Shown piece by piece: positions 22,896 through 29,985 of a stretch of 29,985 bases of DNA. Below the pieces are notes generated by a model, which was given only the letters and a program-made list of their open reading frames with translations, had not been told where the DNA came from and searched no databases. Positions within the stretch are counted from its first letter, which is position 1. The number at the start of each line of letters is the position of its first letter. Source of the DNA: Pseudomonadota bacterium (GTDB taxonomy: Bacteria; Bdellovibrionota_B; Oligoflexia; Oligoflexales; CAIYRB01); assembly GCA_031416315.1 (NCBI GenBank), contig JANOTL010000117.1, positions 1-29,985 of the forward strand, in the 5' to 3' direction. The position numbers and the translations under genes are program-made.

Positions 22896-24908
22896 TCAAT
22901 CGAGAATTTGCGCCTTCAAGATCGTGTCGCCCATCTCCAGCCGGTCAATGACCTCGAGGCCCGAATCGACCTTTGCGAAGACGGTGTACGCGCCGTCGAG
23001 ATGGAGGTTCGGCGCATGGTTGACGAACCACTGTGAGCCGCCGGTATCCTTACCGGCCGTGGCCATGCCGACGAAGCCGCGCTGATGATTTAGCGGCGAA
23101 AGCTCCTCGCGGATCAAGTAACCGGGGCCGCCGTAGCCGTCGCCGCGCGGATCGCCGCCCTGGACGACGAAGTTCGGGACGACGCGATGGAACGTCAAGC
23201 CGTCGTAGTAGCTGGAGCGCACGAGCGTGACGAAGTTGTGGGCGGTGAGCGGCGCAAGGTCGAGCATTTGCAGCACGAAGGTGCCGCGCGTCGTCTCGAT
23301 CTGGACCTTCGCCGTTGAGGCGGCGCGCAGGGCGGCGAGCGGCGCGGTCATCCCACGGACATTGCTGGCTTCGGGCACGCGGTCCATGACGTTGGTGCCG
23401 GTGAGGGCCTCGTAGGCCGCGGCGGCGGCGAGCGCGACGGCGCGGGCGTCGTCGCTGAGCGCGGCTTCAATGAGCGGCAGCTGCGCGGCGTCGCCGATCT
23501 TACCGAGCGCGTCGAGGAGGGCGACCTTCCCTTCAAGGTCGTCCGGACGCACCATCGCCGCATAAGCTGCGGCGAGCGGCGCGGCGAAGTCCCGCCAGCC
23601 GGCCCGAGCCGCGATCTCCGCAACCGTGGAAGACATCGCGAGGTCGTGACGGCCGAGCGCCGCGAGCAGGTCCGATTTCGCGTGCTCGGTGAGCAGCGCG
23701 TCGTCGAAGCCGGTCAGGGCCAAGACGGCGGCAGAGGCGATTTTCAGCTTTCGATCGTGCAGAAAAGGCAGGATCGCGGCGAAGGCGGCCGGCGTTTCGA
23801 CCGAGCCGAGCGCCGTGAGGGCCGAGGCAGTGAGCTCGGGCTCGCTCGTGAGAAGGCGCAGCGCCACCGGCGCGGCGCGATCGGGGGCGATCGCGGGAAG
23901 GGATTCGAGCGCGGCGCCGCGGATCCAGGTCGAGCGCTGCGTGTCGGCGATGACGGAGACGACGGCGTCCGCTGCGGGCGCCGCGTCGGTTGCGATCTTG
24001 CCCAAAGCCTCGAGCGCCTGGACGACCGCTTGCGGCTCGTTCGCGGGGTCGAGGATCGAGGCGACGAGCGCTTCGCGCGCGGCGGGCGCCTTGTAGTTGC
24101 CGAGCGCGCGGAGCGTCTCGGTCTTCACGCCGAGAGACTGGACGCCTTCGCCGTCCAGCGCGGCGAGGAGAACTTTGAGGAGCTGCGGCGAGGTCGAGGC
24201 GAAGTTCTTGCCGAGGGGACGCGCGAGGAGGGCGCGCGCCTCCGGATTCTTCGCGGCGCGGTAGGCGCGAACGAGCAGCGTGCGTTGCTCCTCGGGGAGC
24301 TGGCCGCGTTGCCGGGCGAGGGCGAACGCCGCCGAAACGGCGTCGGGCGTCGAGAAGCGCGCGATCTGCAGCAAGCGGTCCAAGGTCGCGACCGGCGCGA
24401 GCTGCAGATCGACGTTGTTCAGGAAGAGATGGCCGATCGCCTGGGCCGCAGGCGCGCGGATCGCCGTCGTCGGAGCGTTCAGCGCGGCGTAGAGCAACGG
24501 CAGATCCGCTTCTTTGCCGAGGCGGCCGATGCCGAGGATGAGCTCCTTCATGACGCGCGCCGAAGTCTCCAGCGGCAGGCGGCCCTTCAACGCAGTGAGC
24601 GCGGCGTCGCCGCCGAGGATGCCGAGCGCAAAGGCGGCGTTGACCCGCACCTTACCCGAGACGTCGGCGAGGAGCGGCGTGAGCAAGTTGACGCCTTCCG
24701 GGGCACCGATGCGGCCGATGGCAAGGGCGGCGCGGGCGCGCAGGCGCGAGGAGCCGTGCTGCGCGGCGAGGGCGAGAACCGCATCGCCACCGCGACGATG
24801 ATCCTCGGCTTCGTATACAGCGTGCTCGAGGCGGTCATCGGCGCGCGCCATGGAGGGCATGACGAGGGCGAACGCGAGCGCGAGCGGCGGCAGCAGAGAC
24901 CTGATCAT
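22896..24908 (-). CDS. Exported HEAT-repeat protein with C-terminal cyclophilin-type peptidyl-prolyl isomerase
   Basis: Signal peptide (..PSMARA), HEAT-like repeats (RARAALAIGRIG, VRVNAAFALGILG) and YDGLTFHRVVPNFVVQGGDPRGDGYGGPG..GMATAGKDTGGSQWF..HLDGAYTVF. ATG 24908 follows GGGGAG. Confidence 0.92.
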   Translation of the reverse strand: MIRSLLPPLALAFALVMPSMARADDRLEHAVYEAEDHRRGGDAVLALAAQHGSSRLRARAALAIGRIGAPEGVNLLTPLLADVSGKVRVNAAFALGILGGDAALTALKGRLPLETSARVMKELILGIGRLGKEADLPLLYAALNAPTTAIRAPAAQAIGHLFLNNVDLQLAPVATLDRLLQIARFSTPDAVSAAFALARQRGQLPEEQRTLLVRAYRAAKNPEARALLARPLGKNFASTSPQLLKVLLAALDGEGVQSLGVKTETLRALGNYKAPAAREALVASILDPANEPQAVVQALEALGKIATDAAPAADAVVSVIADTQRSTWIRGAALESLPAIAPDRAAPVALRLLTSEPELTASALTALGSVETPAAFAAILPFLHDRKLKIASAAVLALTGFDDALLTEHAKSDLLAALGRHDLAMSSTVAEIAARAGWRDFAAPLAAAYAAMVRPDDLEGKVALLDALGKIGDAAQLPLIEAALSDDARAVALAAAAAYEALTGTNVMDRVPEASNVRGMTAPLAALRAASTAKVQIETTRGTFVLQMLDLAPLTAHNFVTLVRSSYYDGLTFHRVVPNFVVQGGDPRGDGYGGPGYLIREELSPLNHQRGFVGMATAGKDTGGSQWFVNHAPNLHLDGAYTVFAKVDSGLEVIDRLEMGDTILKAQILD

Positions 24909-25225
24909 ATGGATATGCTCCCCTGAAGTTAGTGAAAAAGGACTAACCTCGGGGTCGGGGGATGTCAATTGACCGTTCGCGGCGCTTCGCGAGCGCTCGT
25001 CTTCCCCGCCAATTCGACCTTGCGGCGCGGAGGACGCGGGGGGCTCGATTTACTGCGGTTTTAGCGCCGCCGGCAGCGCCATGACGGTAAACGCCGGCGT
25101 CTCGTGACAGCCTTCTTTGTAGCCCTGCCCCTTGACGCCTTTGTCGCTGAAGATCTTCACCGTCGTACCTTGCGGCGACCCGGCGGGCAGGTCCAGGTCA
25201 TAGACCGCGCGTCAGGCGGTAAAGA

Positions 25226-28200
25226 TCAGTTGGCGATGAACTTCCAAAGCTCACGCCCTTGCGCCGTGGTCACGGCCTGGAAGTAAATCGCGCCGTCGAC
25301 GTTCAGCGGCGCCCAGGCAAAGCTGCTGACATCGTCACCGACCGCGAGATCGTAGAGCATCGTCGTGCCGGCGGCGGTGCCGTCCGTACGCCACAACTCG
25401 TACCCGTGGGTCTCGTCGGCCGCTTGGAAATAGGCATAGCTTCCGGCCGTCGCGGCGACCGCAGCGGCATCGGTGAAAGCATGGCTTACGTCTTTGAACT
25501 CCGTCTCGACGATGCGCTTCGTGCCGGCGGCGGTGCCGTCGCTCACGTGCAGGAAGCGCTTGCCGGCGGCGTCGAGCGCGAGGAAGACGATCTTGCCGTC
25601 GAGCGCCGCGAGCGGCACGGGGTCGCTCGACGCCGCGCCGCCGATCAAGTCCTCCACGAGCATCGTTCCAGCCGCCGTGCCGTTGGTCTTCCACAGCTCG
25701 ACACCGTGGACGCCGTCGTCGGCAGCGAAATAGGCCGTCCCGGTCGAAACCAGGAAACGTTGCGGATTCGACGCGGCGTCGGGGTTGATCTCGAGGACGA
25801 GCTCGGTGCCGCCGGCCGTGCCGTCCGAGACGAAGAGCTCCGCGTTGGCCGCCGTGGCGCTCGCGGCGAAGAGGAGCTTCGTGCCGAGCGCGGTCAGCTC
25901 GTGCGGATCGCTCGAGGCCGCGCTCGCCGCGAGATCCTTCACGAGCTCGGTCGAGAGCGTCGAGCCGGCCGTCTTCCAGAGCTCGACGCCCTTGATGCCG
26001 TCATTGGCCGTGAAATAGAGCGTCGAGCCGACGACGCGAAATTGACCCGGATTCGAGCCCAGGCTAGCCGACGAGCGCATGTCGCGCACCAGCTCCGTGC
26101 CCGCGGCGGTGCCGTTGCTCTTCCAAAGCTCGAAGCCGCTGCCGGCGTTCGCGGTGAAATAGGCGTACGTGCCGAGCTTCACGAAGCCGGTGGGGCTGCT
26201 CGAGCCCGAGCCGCCGTTGATGTCCTTCAGCAGTGTGGTGCCGGCGGCGGTGCCATCGCTCAGCCACAGCTCGAGCCCGTTCGTGCCGTCGTCGGCGGCG
26301 AAGAGGATCGCCGTCTCGCTCAATGGAAAGGGCGCGTGGAGGCCGCTCGGACCGGCGCTGCCGTCTTTCCCCGTGCGCACGTCCTTGACCAGGACGGAGC
26401 CAGCCTTCGTGCCGTCGCTTTTCCAGAGCTCGGCGCCGTGCGTACCGTCGTCGGCCGTGAAGAGGATGGTGGTGCTCGATGGCGAGAGGCGGACCATGCT
26501 CGCGACCTCAGCGTTCGGCGGGAGCGCGTCGCCGTTGCCGTCCTCGACGTCCTTCAGGAGCTTCGTGCCGGCCTCGGAGCCGTCGGAGATCCAAGGCTCG
26601 CGGCCGTGCGCGCCGTCGTCGGCGCTGAAATAGAGGCTGGATCCGATGGCGATGAGGTCGCGGGGTAGGCTGGAGACGGCACCCGCGCTGACGTCCTTCA
26701 GGAGCACCGTGCCGGCGGCGGTGCCGTCGCTCTTCCACAGCTCGTATCCCTTGACCCCGTCGTCGGCGAAGAAATACACGTTGGCGCCCAGCGTCGCCCA
26801 GGAGAGCGGGTAATCCGTGGTGATCGCGCCCGTCGCGCCGGCACGGATCTCTTTCACCGCCGCCGTCACGCCGGCGGACGAACGCCAAAGCTCTAGGCCC
26901 GTTCCCACGTTGTCAGCGAAGAAGTAAAGGTCGGCCCCCGAGGCATAAAGGAAGCGCGGCGAGATACCGCCAGCGCCGCCGATGCTGTCGATGACGCTAA
27001 CGACGAGCGGCGCTGACGCGTCGATCGCCATCAGCTCGGTGCCTTTGACCGGGTCGGTGGCGCTGAAGAAGAGCATGGCGTCGGCGACGGTCAGCTCCGC
27101 CGGATCGCCGCTCCCGGCGCCGGCGTTGAGGTCGATGGCGGTGGGCGCGCCGGCGGGAACGACCGAGAAAAGCTCGGTGCCTTCGGCGGCGGTCGTGGCG
27201 ACGAAGTAGAGGCGGCCGTTGAACGTCGTCAACTCACGCGGGTCGCTGCCGGTGGCGCCAATGCCCATGTTTTGCAGGATCAGCGTGCCCCCGGCGGTGC
27301 CGTCGCTCAACCAGGGCTCGCGGCCTTCCCCCACGGTCGTCGCGGCGAAATAGATCGTGGCGCCGACGAGCGCGAACTCGCCCGGGTCGGAGCCGGTGAC
27401 GCCGGTCGCGATGTCCTTGATCAACGCGGTGCCGCCCGCCGTGCCGTCGGAGCTCCAGGGCTCGTCGCCCGAGATACCGTCGTTCGCCGCGAAGTACAGC
27501 TTCGAGCCGAGTACGGTGAGCCGATGGGGGGCGCCGCTCGTTTTTCCGGGTGCGATGTCCTTCACGAGGGTCGTGCCGGCCGCCGTGCCGTCGGAGCGCC
27601 ACAGCTCCCAGCCGTGCTCCTCGTCGTAGCCGCGGAAGAAGACGATCGAGCCGACGCGGACCGTCTCCTGAGGCGACCGACCGCCGCTGCCGGAGATGGC
27701 GTCCGCGACGAGCGCGGTGCCGGCCTCGGTGCCATTCGACGTCCAAAGCTCCGAGCCGTTGGCCCGCGTCGCGGCGGTGAAGGCGAGCACGTTGTTCGGC
27801 AGCGCGGCGAAAGCGGGTGTGGTCGTCAGGCCCGAGACGTCGCCTTCGCCGTTGACGTCCTTGACCACGCCGATCATCGACAGCGGGACGCTCACGGTCT
27901 CGCAGGCGGCGCAGACGCCTGTGGAGTCACGGATGCCGATTTTTAGCGTGCAAGGCGCGGCCGGCATGGCGTCGGTGACGAGGAGGAACTCGACGGCGCC
28001 GGGGGACTGCTCCACGGTGAATCCGCAGCCGTTCTCGAAGAGCTCGATGCCGGGCGGGTCGCTGTCGGCATCGGCGTAGCCGGCGATCGATCCGGTCGTG
28101 GTGAGCGCCGCACCGGCGAGGAAGGGCGAAGGAACGGTCTCGATCGTCACGGTGCCGCTCGCAGGCGTGGCGTTGGCTGGGACGACCACTTTCACGCCGT

Positions 28201-28654
28201 TGTTCGCGGCACGTTTCAGAATGCCGCTCGTGTGCTTCGCCGTGACGCAGAGGAAGTGCTCGCCCGCTTCGAGCCGCGGCACGGTCACCTCGAGGACGGC
28301 GAGATCGGCGAAGGTCGGGACCTCGCCGGTGCAGGAAGCGTCGTTGCTGATCAGGACGTCGTAGGAGGTCGCGTCCGTGGAGGCGGCCCAGCTGGCGGTG
28401 AAGGCGACTTGACCGCCGAGGGCGGAGACCTCCGCGATGGCGAATTCGCCGAGGACGAGCGCTGCGGGTTCGGGCGCCGGAGCGGGCGGGAGCACCTCGG
28501 TCGGCATGCTCGCGCTGCCGCTGCCCGTGCCGGTGCCGTCGCCTTTGACCACGGTCGCCTTGTTCTTGCGCGCCGGCAGCTTCTCGTCCTCGCAAGCGGA
28601 GAAGGCAGCTGCGAGCGACAGAGCGACGAAAGCCTTGGCGAAACCGAAGCGCAT
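25226..28654 (-). CDS. ELWxxDGT-repeat surface lipoprotein
   Basis: Signal peptide ends AAFSAC, followed by a Gly/Pro linker, two Ig/Fn3-like beta segments and about 18 repeats of GxE(L/P)WxSDGTAAGT, several degenerate. Confidence 0.92.
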   Translation of the reverse strand: MRFGFAKAFVALSLAAAFSACEDEKLPARKNKATVVKGDGTGTGSGSASMPTEVLPPAPAPEPAALVLGEFAIAEVSALGGQVAFTASWAASTDATSYDVLISNDASCTGEVPTFADLAVLEVTVPRLEAGEHFLCVTAKHTSGILKRAANNGVKVVVPANATPASGTVTIETVPSPFLAGAALTTTGSIAGYADADSDPPGIELFENGCGFTVEQSPGAVEFLLVTDAMPAAPCTLKIGIRDSTGVCAACETVSVPLSMIGVVKDVNGEGDVSGLTTTPAFAALPNNVLAFTAATRANGSELWTSNGTEAGTALVADAISGSGGRSPQETVRVGSIVFFRGYDEEHGWELWRSDGTAAGTTLVKDIAPGKTSGAPHRLTVLGSKLYFAANDGISGDEPWSSDGTAGGTALIKDIATGVTGSDPGEFALVGATIYFAATTVGEGREPWLSDGTAGGTLILQNMGIGATGSDPRELTTFNGRLYFVATTAAEGTELFSVVPAGAPTAIDLNAGAGSGDPAELTVADAMLFFSATDPVKGTELMAIDASAPLVVSVIDSIGGAGGISPRFLYASGADLYFFADNVGTGLELWRSSAGVTAAVKEIRAGATGAITTDYPLSWATLGANVYFFADDGVKGYELWKSDGTAAGTVLLKDVSAGAVSSLPRDLIAIGSSLYFSADDGAHGREPWISDGSEAGTKLLKDVEDGNGDALPPNAEVASMVRLSPSSTTILFTADDGTHGAELWKSDGTKAGSVLVKDVRTGKDGSAGPSGLHAPFPLSETAILFAADDGTNGLELWLSDGTAAGTTLLKDINGGSGSSSPTGFVKLGTYAYFTANAGSGFELWKSNGTAAGTELVRDMRSSASLGSNPGQFRVVGSTLYFTANDGIKGVELWKTAGSTLSTELVKDLAASAASSDPHELTALGTKLLFAASATAANAELFVSDGTAGGTELVLEINPDAASNPQRFLVSTGTAYFAADDGVHGVELWKTNGTAAGTMLVEDLIGGAASSDPVPLAALDGKIVFLALDAAGKRFLHVSDGTAAGTKRIVETEFKDVSHAFTDAAAVAATAGSYAYFQAADETHGYELWRTDGTAAGTTMLYDLAVGDDVSSFAWAPLNVDGAIYFQAVTTAQGRELWKFIAN

Positions 28655-28760
28655 GGCGATTCCCCTTCATTCCCTATGTCGACTTCTACGACACGGAGCT
28701 TGAAACGGTGCATAATGCTGTTTGCTATCGACCACTTGAAAACCCAATTAATCTGGCACC

Positions 28761-29903
28761 ATGCGCTTCGGAAGCCTCCCTCTCATCGTTGCGCTGACAG
28801 CCGCATCGGCCTGCACCACCACGAAGGGGGTGGTGACGCGCAAGTGCGAGGTCTACGCAATCGTGCCGCCCCAGCACGCGAATCCCGAGGCCTCGGATTA
28901 CATCCTGGCTTCGTGGCGCAAGCGCGCACGTAAGAACCTCGGCAAATGTGACCGCTTCGTCGAGCAGCGCCGGGCCAAGGACGTGCTCGCGACGCTCGGG
29001 ATGGGCTTCGACCGGCCCTTCAACTGGCGTACCGATCTCAACACGGAGCGCGCCGGCCGCATTGCCGCAGAGACGAAGGCGACGCGGCTCGTCGTCTTGC
29101 GCTACAAGGTCGAGGGCCGTCGCCTCGTCGTCGGCCCGGCGATCTACGATTTGAAGCCGCCGCGGCTCGTGAAGGAGCGTGAGCTGAACGACGAGGAGCT
29201 CGCGCACGTCATCACCGTCGCGCTCCCTCGCAGCAATCCGCTCAAAGACACCTGGATGAACGACCTTAAGGCCGCGCTTGCGCGCCTTGTCCCGAACGCG
29301 ATCACCTTCGGCGCTGGCCGGCCCGTCGTGAGTAACGAGCGCGACACGAGCGGCGATCTGGAGGAGGTGTCGAACGAGCGGCAAACCCTGCTTCCTGAGG
29401 TCCTGACGGCGTTCGGCGTCACCAACATCGATCATCGCAACGCCTTCAATACCTGGGACGCCGACTTTTCCCTCGCGTCCAACGTGCGCATCATGGCCGA
29501 CGACGGGCGGCTCACGTACAAGCCGCGCGGCGACCGCGTGCCGTTGGCAGACGAGGACCTCGACTATCAGTTCACGTTCTTCGCGCTCGCGGCGACGATC
29601 AACGGCCGCGCCTCGCTCTATTCCCCGCTGGGCACGACGGTCTTGAGCTTCGGGCTCGGATTCGCGCCCCTACGCTTTCAGGACGACGGGGGCACGAACG
29701 CGACCCGTGTCGACTTCATCACCCGCATCGTGATCGCCCAGCGCATGTTCTTCGCCGAGCGCTGGTACTTCGAGTTCTCGGCCGACAGCGTCACGTTCGA
29801 CCGCGACTTGGCGCGAACCGAGGTGTTCAAGACGGATACGGTCCAGACCGCGTTTTTCGGGTTCGGCTGGTTTTTCCCGCGCGGACGCTACTTGGGGCTG
29901 TGA
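28761..29903 (+). CDS. Hypothetical lipoprotein with outer-membrane beta-barrel-like C-terminal domain
   Basis: Signal peptide ends AASAC. The C-terminal half has amphipathic strands (YQFTFF, VLSFGLGF, WYFEFSAD, FFGFGWFF). Confidence 0.65.
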   Translation: MRFGSLPLIVALTAASACTTTKGVVTRKCEVYAIVPPQHANPEASDYILASWRKRARKNLGKCDRFVEQRRAKDVLATLGMGFDRPFNWRTDLNTERAGRIAAETKATRLVVLRYKVEGRRLVVGPAIYDLKPPRLVKERELNDEELAHVITVALPRSNPLKDTWMNDLKAALARLVPNAITFGAGRPVVSNERDTSGDLEEVSNERQTLLPEVLTAFGVTNIDHRNAFNTWDADFSLASNVRIMADDGRLTYKPRGDRVPLADEDLDYQFTFFALAATINGRASLYSPLGTTVLSFGLGFAPLRFQDDGGTNATRVDFITRIVIAQRMFFAERWYFEFSADSVTFDRDLARTEVFKTDTVQTAFFGFGWFFPRGRYLGL

Positions 29904-29985
29904 CAGGCGGTGCGGGGTTGGATTTACGATCGGGAATTGAGAGCTTTGGGTTGTTCGAATTGATTTTTTTATCAGGAACAGACAA

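Noticed and set aside
24909..25225. 317-bp intergenic region as a possible ncRNA, riboswitch or small ORF
   Set aside because: No recognisable motif, convincing stem or credible ORF found by eye.
25226..27800. Regularly spaced DNA repeats (e.g. GTGCCGGCGGCGGTGCCGTCG) resembling an array
   Set aside because: They are the coding ELWxxDGT repeats within one ORF, degenerate at third positions; not CRISPR.
29904..29985. AT-richer tail at the window end
   Set aside because: Too short and truncated to interpret; probably an ordinary intergenic region.

Overview
GC-rich (roughly two-thirds GC by eye) bacterial chromosomal window with about 20 tightly packed genes. The gene content (many Cys-lipoproteins, an ELWxxDGT-repeat protein, a PilZ kinase, a Cys-containing C-terminal sorting signal) suggests a deltaproteobacterial-type predator or glider such as Bdellovibrionota/Oligoflexia or Myxococcota; this is inference. 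Left end, minus strand: an atypical receiver-TPR gene, then a flavin-dependent halogenase-like enzyme, an ACP and a ketosynthase that runs off the window. Next come glpK, two Opp/Dpp-type permeases, a DUF3616-like protein, a membrane-anchored HExxH metallopeptidase and a cytoplasmic PilZ-CBS-histidine kinase. The centre (11391-17899) is the most interesting part: four co-oriented putative lipoproteins sharing an N-terminal C-[KR]-x5/7-[SA]-x-[VL]-K motif. The first is a GP42/'transglutaminase elicitor'-type enzyme (PTWFGICHAW, Pep-13-like VWNQPV) and the next two carry long Gln- and Gln/Lys-rich tracts, so I propose a transglutaminase-plus-substrates surface cross-linking system. The right half holds a thioredoxin-like protein preceded by a T8G12 tract, a large unknown protein, an M14 carboxypeptidase, a HEAT-cyclophilin, an ELWxxDGT lipoprotein and a lipoprotein with a beta-barrel-like C-terminus. 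I saw no rRNA, tRNA, CRISPR array or transposase. All family calls come from motif recognition, not database searches.
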